Source: a virus (taxonomy: Duplodnaviria; Caudoviricetes). Taken from it: a DNA stretch of 64,000 bases. The notes below the pieces were generated by a model. It saw only the letters and a list, made by a program, of their open reading frames with translations. It was not told where the DNA came from and did no database searches. Of the stretch, positions 1-7,835 are shown piece by piece. The translations under genes were made by a program, and so were the position numbers. The stretch lies in IMG/VR virus record IMGVR_UViG_3300049198_000021, positions 96,001 to 160,000 of that record. One strand, given 5' to 3'. Each line of letters starts with the position of its first letter. Within the stretch, counting starts at the first letter, position 1.

Positions 1-774
1 CCCACCGATCCCATCCACGCTGCCGAAAAAGTTGCAGCCAGCCGGCAGCCTCCCAAGCCGGCACCTGTCCTGAAAGCTCAGACCCCCGGTCAGAAAGGTT
101 ACATCCGCAAGCTTACCCAGAACCACCACGACATCCTTTTCGCAGTCGGCCCGGCCGGCACCGGCAAGACCTACGCTGCTGTTCTCGATGCCATCATCAA
201 GTTCCGGCGCGGCGATTGCACCAAGATCATCATCACGCGCCCCATGGTTGGTGCAGGCGGCGAAGAACTGGGCACTCTGCCCGGCGGCGTGATGGAGAAG
301 GTGGCACCGTGGTGCATTCCGCTCCTCGACATCTTCAAGGAGTTCTACACCAAGTATGAGGTCGAGCAGATGCTGGACCGCGAGGAGATCGAGATCGCTC
401 CCCTTGCCATCATGCGTGGTCGCACCTTGAAGAACGCGATCGTGATCGCCGACGAAGCCCAGAACTGCACGATCGAGCAGATGAAGATGCTGATGACGCG
501 TATCGGTTCCGGATCGCGGATGGTCATCACGGGCGACATCGAACAGCACGACCGCCCGCACGGCGCTTCGGGTCTGGCCGACATCATTCGCCGCATCGAC
601 GAAAAGGAAGCGCGGGATCGTTTCGAAGCGTCGCTGCCCGTGTCGATGGCTGAGAGTGATGAGGACGAAGAGCCCCGTCTGCGTCACAGCCGCATCGGCG
701 TCGTCAAGCTCGGCCGTAAGGACGTTGTTCGTCACGATGTGATCGACGACGTTCTGAGCCTCTACGAGGAGTAA
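1..774 (+). CDS. phoH: PhoH-like ATPase (5' truncated by window edge)
   Basis: Frame open from base 1; Walker A GPAGTGKT, IIITRP, LGTLPG, MRGRTL, DEAQN, TRIG, GDIEQHD, VVRH motifs. Confidence 0.93.
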   Translation, partial: PTDPIHAAEKVAASRQPPKPAPVLKAQTPGQKGYIRKLTQNHHDILFAVGPAGTGKTYAAVLDAIIKFRRGDCTKIIITRPMVGAGGEELGTLPGGVMEKVAPWCIPLLDIFKEFYTKYEVEQMLDREEIEIAPLAIMRGRTLKNAIVIADEAQNCTIEQMKMLMTRIGSGSRMVITGDIEQHDRPHGASGLADIIRRIDEKEARDRFEASLPVSMAESDEDEEPRLRHSRIGVVKLGRKDVVRHDVIDDVLSLYEE

Positions 775-878
775 GAAAAAAAGCGGGCGCGGCGTAATTG
801 GGGCAACGCCGCGCCCGCAATAAAAAGCCGGCCGGGGGCGTGGCGGGCTTTTGGTGGATCGGCTCGGGTAAACCGATC
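775..878 (-). ncRNA. Candidate ~100-nt small RNA with three hairpins
   Basis: Minus-strand TTGACG(913-908)-17nt-TACCCA(890-885); three stem-loops; the last is a 13-bp stem followed by a 7-U run. Confidence 0.45.
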
Positions 879-966
879 GTCGTCTGGGTATCGACCGCTT
901 TCTGATTCGTCAAGAACCTTTCCCACACATTAACGATGCCGCCGGCATCCGCTTCAAGGAAATCCC

Positions 967-1134
967 ATGCGTCCTCGCTGGCAAGTCACTTTTCTGCTGC
1001 TAACCCTCCCGATCTGGTTCATCCCGGCGATGATCTACGTCGGCTGGGTGGAAGCCGGGCGCGACATCATCACCAAGGATTTCCCTGTTGGTATTCGGTG
1101 GATGCTCTTTGGTAAGAAGCCTCGCGGCTACTGA
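967..1134 (+). CDS. Small membrane protein (55 aa)
   Basis: AAGGA RBS; MRPRWQVTFLLLTLPIWFIPAMIYVGW hydrophobic segment; abuts the next gene. Confidence 0.6.
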   Translation: MRPRWQVTFLLLTLPIWFIPAMIYVGWVEAGRDIITKDFPVGIRWMLFGKKPRGY

Positions 1135-1136
1135 TC

Positions 1137-1649
1137 ATGGGGACCTTCTTCACTCTCATCGGACAAGCAGTCATCGGTTGGATCATCGCTGATCTGATCG
1201 GTGGCTTTGTGCATTGGTATCTCGATCGCGTCGCCCGGCCGCGCTGGGGTTGGCTGGAGAAGACGGTCTGGGCCCCGAACCGGGTTCACCATGAAGAGCC
1301 GATGGCGTTTACCACGCACAAGTTCTTCTCCCGGAACTCGACCACCTTTGTGGCAGCATCCGTAGCGGCTGGGCTGTGGTTGCTCGTTTTCGGACCATCG
1401 ATGGTCCTGCTCTTCGCCTACATCGGCGGTATGTTGCAGAACGAAGTTCACTATTGGACTCACAAGAAGTCAACCGGGTGGATCAGGGTGTTCCAACAAA
1501 CTGGTATCATCCAGTCAATACCATCTCATGCCCGTCATCACAAACCACCGCAGAACCGAAATTACTGCGTGCTGACCGATTGGTGTAATCCAATTCTGGA
1601 ACGGCTGGATATATGGGGAAGGCTTGAGAGGTATTTCAAGTTGACATAA
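1137..1649 (+). CDS. CarF/TMEM189(PEDS1)-family lipid desaturase
   Basis: ADLIGGFVHWYLD, HHEEP, HYWTH, HARHH, NYCVLTDWCNP motifs plus TM segments. Confidence 0.82.
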   Translation: MGTFFTLIGQAVIGWIIADLIGGFVHWYLDRVARPRWGWLEKTVWAPNRVHHEEPMAFTTHKFFSRNSTTFVAASVAAGLWLLVFGPSMVLLFAYIGGMLQNEVHYWTHKKSTGWIRVFQQTGIIQSIPSHARHHKPPQNRNYCVLTDWCNPILERLDIWGRLERYFKLT

Positions 1650-1669
1650 GTTGGAAAATAGACTATGCT
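1641..1669 (+). promoter_or_regulatory. sigma70-like promoter for the head spike/fibre genes
   Basis: TTGACA-17nt-TATGCT. Confidence 0.6.
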
Positions 1670-1716
1670 TCGCGGAATTATAGCTGCGCCTACCGCAGAC
1701 CTCCCGGAGCATTGAT

Positions 1717-2013
1717 ATGATCGATCCCTATCGTCGGGACACACCGGGCTTGGCTGATCCGGCTAACAACCTGATTCCTATTATTCCTGACGACAACGTT
1801 GACCTACCGGTTGGTATCAAAGCGTTGCGTATCTGGAACCCGAACGAATTTACAGCCACCCTTCACGTCATCACAGTAGTGGGTGATCTGGTTTCTTTTT
1901 CCGTGCCGGCTCTGTCCCTCTGGACGGAGCCTCTTCGCGTTACTCGCATCCTCACCGCCACAACGAACGGTATCGTCCTTCACGGATATACCGATCGCGC
2001 CCTTCCGGAGTAA
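1717..2013 (+). CDS. Head spike base protein (RcGTA Rcc01079-like)
   Basis: DPY..PGL.DPA...I.PDD..DLP...ALR...P.RV.RI..T.T pattern; 98 aa. Confidence 0.7.
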   Translation: MIDPYRRDTPGLADPANNLIPIIPDDNVDLPVGIKALRIWNPNEFTATLHVITVVGDLVSFSVPALSLWTEPLRVTRILTATTNGIVLHGYTDRALPE

Positions 2014-2017
2014 GTCC

Positions 2018-2551
2018 ATGTATGGATCAGGCGTCAGTGCGGGTGGAGGAGGCGGCGGCGCAGGCGGCGTGTCTCCCCGTGCCACCGGCTGGGGCAACTA
2101 TCGGGACACCCAATTTACGAGCGCCGCTCCGTTATCGATCGCAGCAAATACCCGGACCTTGATCCCAAATAACGCTGGGATCAAGGATGAGAGCCAGCTT
2201 CCAGAAGATATGGTCACCTTCTACAATCAGGTGACCAGCCGGATCATCGCCACCAACGGATCAGACTTCATCATCACCGCTCGCATTCGCATGAGACCAA
2301 CGAATGAAAATGCGACTATGGTGAAAATGGAGTTGGAAATTGGCACGACCGGGAACGAGATCATCATCGAGACCGCTCAGCGGACACTCCCGTGGGGTAT
2401 CGGTGCAGAGTCGGCGATGAATTTCACCTTCTCCGGCTACGCTCTGGATACCTTCGCAGCTACCGGGGCCCGTTTGTTCATCACATCCGACGGCCCAATC
2501 GAACTCTACGGCGTGTCCTACGTCATCAAGCGCACTCATAAGGGAGTCTGA
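2018..2551 (+). CDS. Putative head spike/fibre protein
   Basis: Follows the spike base; Gly-rich linker then a beta-rich domain; ATG at 2018 with GGAG upstream. Confidence 0.55.
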   Translation: MYGSGVSAGGGGGGAGGVSPRATGWGNYRDTQFTSAAPLSIAANTRTLIPNNAGIKDESQLPEDMVTFYNQVTSRIIATNGSDFIITARIRMRPTNENATMVKMELEIGTTGNEIIIETAQRTLPWGIGAESAMNFTFSGYALDTFAATGARLFITSDGPIELYGVSYVIKRTHKGV

Positions 2552-2552
2552 T

Positions 2553-2738
2553 ATGCCAACTCCTCTTCCATTTTCTTTTACCGAACGACTTCCCGCGATC
2601 CTCCAGCGGATCAACCCGATGATCGATGTCATCAATGTCCAGAATGCGGCCATTGAAAACCTCGAAGCGGAAGTAACCGACCTCGCTGGCCCGGCCGGTC
2701 CTGATCTAACCTTGCTGTTTGAAAACGGCCTCGTCTAA
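2553..2738 (+). CDS. Small virion/fibre adaptor protein
   Basis: GGAG RBS; coiled-coil-like; C-terminus DLTLLFENGLV resembles the C-terminus of the next protein. Confidence 0.6.
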   Translation: MPTPLPFSFTERLPAILQRINPMIDVINVQNAAIENLEAEVTDLAGPAGPDLTLLFENGLV

Positions 2739-2751
2739 ACTGGAGTAACCT

Positions 2752-3270
2752 ATGTCTCTCGCTGTCCAAGTCCAGTCGCTGGCGACCCGTATCGCTACCG
2801 AATGCAAGTCCATCCGCACGCTCGTCAACGGCAACGCGGCAAACCTCAACGCGCTGACCACGACCGACAAGACCAACCTTGTCGCCGCGCTCAACGAACT
2901 CAAGACCCTCATCGATGGTGTCAGTGCGGCCTCCGGCGCTCAGATCAACGACGCAGCGATCGCGACGACGACCACCTATTCGTCCACCAAGATCGAAGAC
3001 CTCGTTAGTGACGCGCTCGCCAGTGTCCTCAACGGAGCCCCGACGGCTCTCGACACCCTCGACGAACTGGCGAATGCGCTAGGCGACGACGCCAACTTTG
3101 CGGCGACCGTCACCAACAGCCTCGCCAACCGCGTTCGCGTCGATGCCGCACAGGGCTTGACTTCGCCCCAGCAGGCACAGGCGCGTTCCAACATCAGCGT
3201 CTACTCGCAGGCTGAAATCGGCAACCCGGAAACTGACTTCGTTGCGACCTTCAACACTGGTCTGATCTAA
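2752..3270 (+). CDS. Putative head fibre/filament subunit
   Basis: LTTTDKTNLVAALNEL, APTALDTLDELANALGDD and QAQARSNI fibre-type motifs. Confidence 0.7.
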   Translation: MSLAVQVQSLATRIATECKSIRTLVNGNAANLNALTTTDKTNLVAALNELKTLIDGVSAASGAQINDAAIATTTTYSSTKIEDLVSDALASVLNGAPTALDTLDELANALGDDANFAATVTNSLANRVRVDAAQGLTSPQQAQARSNISVYSQAEIGNPETDFVATFNTGLI

Positions 3271-3713
3271 TGTCTCTCGCGTCGCAAGTCTCGGCGCTTG
3301 CCGGCGCTATCCGGGACAAGATCAACACCATGACCCCGCGCCTGCTTCCGGCAGGGGGGACAACCGGTCAGGTCCTCTCGAAGACCAACGCAACCGACTA
3401 CAACGCCCAATGGGTTACACCAGCAGCCGGTCAAGGCGGCAGCGGTATCCCAACTCGGGAGGTGGTTGTTTCGTTCACCCAAGCTGCTTCAAGCAAGACA
3501 GTCGAGGTGGTGGATGCCGCCGCTTTAACAACTCATCGAGTAATTGCGGTTGTATCTGGTGAAGCTCCTCCGGGAGGATATGCAGATCAAGCAGAAATTA
3601 ACCCCGTCATCATTCAAGGCTTGGTTGAAGTCGATGGCACCGTAAAACTGATTGTCTCCAGCGTAAATCATCTCGTCTTTGGTGACTATCTGGTAAACTA
3701 TCACTTGAGCTAA
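3270..3713 (+). CDS. Putative fibre protein
   Basis: N-terminus paralogous to the previous gene; LPAGGTTGQVLSK..TDY..QW fibre motif. Confidence 0.65.
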   Translation: MSLASQVSALAGAIRDKINTMTPRLLPAGGTTGQVLSKTNATDYNAQWVTPAAGQGGSGIPTREVVVSFTQAASSKTVEVVDAAALTTHRVIAVVSGEAPPGGYADQAEINPVIIQGLVEVDGTVKLIVSSVNHLVFGDYLVNYHLS

Positions 3714-3723
3714 GGAATTTGTA

Positions 3724-5148
3724 ATGGCCCTCATTCACGGTGCAGGCGGAACGCCGGTCGATGTTGATGCAAACGGCACTCTCGCAACTGGCCTCTTCGA
3801 TGCGGCTGGTAACCCGATCAGCAAGACTGAGGGTGGCGCTTATTCGTCAAGCCAAGGCTTCTTGCCGATCGGCGGCGTCAACGACGGCGTGTATCGTCCG
3901 ATCCGGGTCGGACGCAGTGGTGGTATTGCTTCCACCAAATACACCCCGCTGATCGAATATCTGCTCTACACGGCGGCTCTCCCGCCCGCGTGGTTGGCTC
4001 CGGCCACCACTATGACTGTGACCCACTCGATCACGGCCGGCACGCTGCTCAACGCCTCGGCGATCGGGACTTTGAACACCAACGCTGCTATCGCCTCAAT
4101 GCAGGCGGTCCCGAAGATGCAGCGGGCTCCGGTTATGTCCCGGACACGCGCTCGCCTCATCAAGGGCGGGACAAACGGCGTCGCTGAAATCGGTGTATGC
4201 TCGACGCAGGCACCGGGTTCCGCGATCGTGCCCAACGGATTCTTCTTCCAGTATGCGGCTGATGGTTCGCTCAAGCCGGTCATCGTGTTCAACTCCGCCG
4301 TGGTGGACGCCGGTGTGGACTTTGTGGCCTCGATCGACTCGACGCGTTACTACACATGGGACATCATTGCCGACGACAACAGCATCAACTTCGTGGTGCA
4401 GGATTCCACCACCGGCGCGATCATCACCGATCAGACACTGAGCATCGGATCGGACGCAAACCGTCTGGGCTCGCTGCCTTACTTCTTCGCTTCTGCTCGG
4501 GCGTATGTGGGCGGTGTCGCCAACGTTGGTGCCGCAACCCAAATCTACGTTGCCGACATGACAGTCGGTATCCTTGATTTGGATGCTGGTAAGCCATGGG
4601 CTCATGCCATGGCGGGTATGGGTAAGGGCAGCGTCGTCAACCCGACCGTCGCTCTGGCTCAGCTTGAGAACTATGCGAACACGGCTGCACCGGCTTCGGC
4701 AACCCTATCGAACACGGCCGCTGGTTACACCACCCTCGGTGGTCAGTTCCAGTTCGCGGCTGTGGCCGGCGCTGAAACCGACTACGCCCTGTTCGCCTTC
4801 ACGGTCCCGGTGGGCGTCAAGCTCAACGTCACTGAAATCAACATCGATACGTTCAACCTCGGCGCGGCAGTTGCGACCAGTGCGACGCTGCTACAGTGGT
4901 TTGCCGGTGTGGACGGGGCGGCCGTAACCTTGGCTTCCAACAACTTCCGTAAGGTTCTCGGCGCTCAGTCGTTCCCGATCGGCGCTGCTATCGGCGCACA
5001 GGCTCCGGTTGTTTCACGTCAGTTCCAGACACCATTGGTCACCAACTCCGGACGTGTCTTCCATGTTGGTCTCAAGATGCCTCTCGGAACTGCCACGGCT
5101 TCCCAGATCATCCGTGGTTTGGTGAGCATCAACGGTTACTTCGAGTAA
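3724..5148 (+). CDS. Putative fibre tip / receptor-binding virion protein
   Basis: 474 aa, Ala/Gly/Thr-rich, beta-rich; ends the fibre gene cluster. Confidence 0.55.
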   Translation: MALIHGAGGTPVDVDANGTLATGLFDAAGNPISKTEGGAYSSSQGFLPIGGVNDGVYRPIRVGRSGGIASTKYTPLIEYLLYTAALPPAWLAPATTMTVTHSITAGTLLNASAIGTLNTNAAIASMQAVPKMQRAPVMSRTRARLIKGGTNGVAEIGVCSTQAPGSAIVPNGFFFQYAADGSLKPVIVFNSAVVDAGVDFVASIDSTRYYTWDIIADDNSINFVVQDSTTGAIITDQTLSIGSDANRLGSLPYFFASARAYVGGVANVGAATQIYVADMTVGILDLDAGKPWAHAMAGMGKGSVVNPTVALAQLENYANTAAPASATLSNTAAGYTTLGGQFQFAAVAGAETDYALFAFTVPVGVKLNVTEINIDTFNLGAAVATSATLLQWFAGVDGAAVTLASNNFRKVLGAQSFPIGAAIGAQAPVVSRQFQTPLVTNSGRVFHVGLKMPLGTATASQIIRGLVSINGYFE

Positions 5149-5150
5149 GT

Positions 5151-5194
5151 CACCGCAATTCTGACTTGACAGTGGTGGAACATTCTGATAGGTT
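5151..5194 (+). promoter_or_regulatory. Promoter with upstream conserved box
   Basis: CACCGCAATTCT-gac-TTGACA-17nt-TAGGTT. Confidence 0.65.
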
Positions 5195-5200
5195 CCTCAC

Positions 5201-5575
5201 TAATCAAATGTAGCATCACGCGCCTAGGCGGCATCTCGTTGTAAGATTGAGACCACAGGGAGGCGAGGCGGAGGTAGTAAGTCCTTGGTCGGACCAAACC
5301 CCGAGACGGACCAAACTGCGATCGAAAAGGCGGATTGTCATTTACCGAAGTGCTTGGTGTGGTAGGTAAGCCCGGTTCCAGTGGGGCCAGATGGGCAAGC
5401 CCCTTCTCACGCGTGGTAGGTCTTACAAGACCGCTCGAAGCGCGGGGATTGTTTCAAGCATCCAAACCAACACGGTAGCCCATAGTGGGTAGCGTTGGTT
5501 TGGCGGGTGGGCTCCCGAAAGCAGCCCTGTCTCCTCCCAGACTGGCCCGGCGGTGAAAGCCGCCGGGTCCTTTTT
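5201..5575 (+). ncRNA. Candidate large structured ncRNA or attenuator leader upstream of portal
   Basis: No credible ORF; promoter at the 5' end, terminator at the 3' end; long-range pairings TTGTAAGA/TCTTACAA, ACCAC/GTGGT, CCAAACCAAC/GTTGGTTTGG. Confidence 0.55.
5544..5575 (+). terminator. Rho-independent terminator
   Basis: GGCCCGGCGGT-GAAA-GCCGCCGGGTC followed by CTTTTT. Confidence 0.75.
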
Positions 5576-5591
5576 CCGGAAGTTCTTCTCC

Positions 5592-7364
5592 TTGGCTGAT
5601 AAAATCACAAAGCGGCAAGCCCGCACCTTCGCTCAGCGACAGGCGCTCTATGCTACGCGTCAGTCCAAGCAGCAGATGATGGAGAATGTCCCGCTCTTCG
5701 CGAACTGGGACTATGCCAACTGGCGCTTGATCTGGCTGGCGATCCGCCATGCCATGATCGGCGAAGTCGAGATCAAGAAGCACGGCACCGAATATCTACC
5801 CCAGCCGGAAGGTATGGACGAAAGCCAGTATTCGGCCTACCTTGATCGCGCTGTTTTCTACAACATGGTCTACCGCACCGTCACCGGCCTCACCGGTGCG
5901 ATCTATCGGCGTGACCCGCGCTTGATGAAAGCCGGCCCCAAGGTCCGCGAGCTTTCGAAGCGCATCTCCAAGGACGGCCTGTCCCTCAAGCTGTTCGCCA
6001 AGGTCATCACGCAGGAAATGCTCTCGACCGGACGCTATGGCGTTCTGGTTGACAAGACCGACGATGCAAACAGCCTGACCGCCAACCCTTACCTCGCGGG
6101 CTACACCTGCGAGAATATCTTGGACTGGACGACGACTGAGATCGATGGCCGGGACGAGTTCGACTACATCCTGCTGCGCGAGTTCAGCGTCGATCGCCGT
6201 TTCTTCGAAATGATCGCTGATCAGGTGGTTCCGAACGCCACCTACGGCCAGTTGTTCACCGTCTACCGGGTCCTCAGGCTCATCTACAACGAGATGGACA
6301 ACCGCTGGGAATACCGGCAGGAACTCTACGCTCGTGGTTCGGCCGACGCCGATCTTTCGGAAGAGCCGATCATCACGACCCCGATGGTATTTGGCGTCCC
6401 GATGAAGCGCATCCCGTTCCGCTTCTTCAATGCCACGACCAATCTAGGCGACATCGAAAAGCCGCCGATCCTCGACATCCTGACGCTCAACCTCTCGCAC
6501 TACAAGAGCTACGCTCAGCTTGAGCATGGCCGCTTCTACACCGCCAACCCGGTCTATTACGTCTCGGGCGGACAGGAAGATGACGAATACCACATCGGCC
6601 CGTCGGTCGTCTGGGAAATCGGCAACGGTGAGAAGGCCGGTATCATCGAGTTCAACGGCTCTGGTATGAAGAGCCTTGAGAACGCCTTGCAGCAAAAGGA
6701 GACGCAGGTCGCTTCGCTGGGTGGTCGGTTGCTGGGCGACTCTTCAACTGCCGGCCAGTCGGACAATCAGGTCAAGCTCAAGGACCGCAACGAAGCGTCC
6801 TTGCTTCTCAACGTCACCACGGTCCTCAACGAGAACTTCACCGAACTGCTGACCATCCTTGGAAACTGGATGAACGAACGCTCGGAAGGTCTGGAGTTCC
6901 GGGTCAACCAAGACTTCCTGCTCGATCAGGCAGCCGCCCGCGAGTTCCGCGCCATCACGATGATGTATCAGGCCGGGCTCATTGGTATCGAGATCATCTA
7001 CGAATACTTCCTCAAGGCGGATGTCATTCCTGAGTATGTGACTCTGGAAATGTTCACCAAGATGCTGGAAGATCAGGCTCAGTTCCCGAACAACCCAGAC
7101 TTCGAAAGCCGCCAGCAAGGGTTCCCGGATGCCCGGACCCAGCGCGCCGACGAACTGGCTCGCGATCTGGACGACAACGAGACCGATCGCCTCGACACCG
7201 AATTGGAATCGGACGAAGCGATCGCCGAAGAGTCCCGCAAGTCAGCCGAGAAGGTTGCCAAGTCACAGCCCAAGATCGCGCCTGTCCCGGCGACTGCCAA
7301 GCAGGCAATGCAAAAAGACGCCCCAGCGGTGGCTCCGGCCCCAAAGCCACAGCCAAAGGCGTAA
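5592..7364 (+). CDS. Portal protein (DUF4055-type); start uncertain (5553/5592/5677)
   Basis: YLP......Y.AYL.RAVFYN, GRYGVLVD, PPILDI..LNLSHY motifs; position ahead of scaffold and capsid. Confidence 0.85.
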   Translation: MADKITKRQARTFAQRQALYATRQSKQQMMENVPLFANWDYANWRLIWLAIRHAMIGEVEIKKHGTEYLPQPEGMDESQYSAYLDRAVFYNMVYRTVTGLTGAIYRRDPRLMKAGPKVRELSKRISKDGLSLKLFAKVITQEMLSTGRYGVLVDKTDDANSLTANPYLAGYTCENILDWTTTEIDGRDEFDYILLREFSVDRRFFEMIADQVVPNATYGQLFTVYRVLRLIYNEMDNRWEYRQELYARGSADADLSEEPIITTPMVFGVPMKRIPFRFFNATTNLGDIEKPPILDILTLNLSHYKSYAQLEHGRFYTANPVYYVSGGQEDDEYHIGPSVVWEIGNGEKAGIIEFNGSGMKSLENALQQKETQVASLGGRLLGDSSTAGQSDNQVKLKDRNEASLLLNVTTVLNENFTELLTILGNWMNERSEGLEFRVNQDFLLDQAAAREFRAITMMYQAGLIGIEIIYEYFLKADVIPEYVTLEMFTKMLEDQAQFPNNPDFESRQQGFPDARTQRADELARDLDDNETDRLDTELESDEAIAEESRKSAEKVAKSQPKIAPVPATAKQAMQKDAPAVAPAPKPQPKA

Positions 7365-7367
7365 TCG

Positions 7368-7544
7368 ATGAGTAACCCGGACTACGACATCCACTTGGAT
7401 CGAGATCAGTTCAATTCTTTGTTCGACGATGATGGAGAGTCCGGGTTCCCTTACGGGGAAGATTTGGATGACATTGAACGTGCTATAGCCGAGGAACTAG
7501 GTCCTTCAAAGCCTAGGAAGAAGAGAAAGAACCCTAAAAAGTAA
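7368..7544 (+). CDS. Small hypothetical protein (acidic N-terminus, basic C-terminus)
   Basis: 58-aa ORF directly after the portal. Confidence 0.5.
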   Translation: MSNPDYDIHLDRDQFNSLFDDDGESGFPYGEDLDDIERAIAEELGPSKPRKKRKNPKK

Positions 7545-7558
7545 CTTTTTTATTCCAT

Positions 7559-7602
7559 CACCGCCATTTTAGCTTGACAGTGCATGGAAAATCTCGTATC
7601 CT
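7559..7602 (+). promoter_or_regulatory. Promoter of the scaffold/capsid operon with conserved box
   Basis: CACCGCCATTTT-agc-TTGACA-17nt-TATCCT. Confidence 0.75.
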
Positions 7603-7835
7603 TGTCGGCACATTGGAATTGAACGCGATTACCGGGGTCCGGAACAACCGCTTCTTCCACTTCCCAAACAACTGGCTCCGGGGGAGCCTTCACCCAATCC
7701 CCCAAGGTTCGGAACAAGAAGTAACGCGCCGGTGCGCCGGCAGTCAGCCTTCTTGTTCTGGGAAATCCTCTGGAGGGTCCGGAGGTCGCGACGTGAGACG
7801 CGTTTATCTCCAGAACCCTCGGTGAGGATTTCTCA

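Noticed and set aside
5201-5575. tRNA, tmRNA, RNase P or self-splicing intron identity
   Set aside because: No T-loop/CCA cloverleaf, no exact RNase P GAGGAAAGUCC core, no group II domain V, and it does not interrupt a gene
5553-5591. Portal start at GTG 5553 as given by the ORF track
   Set aside because: It lies within the terminator hairpin with no RBS; a later start is more plausible
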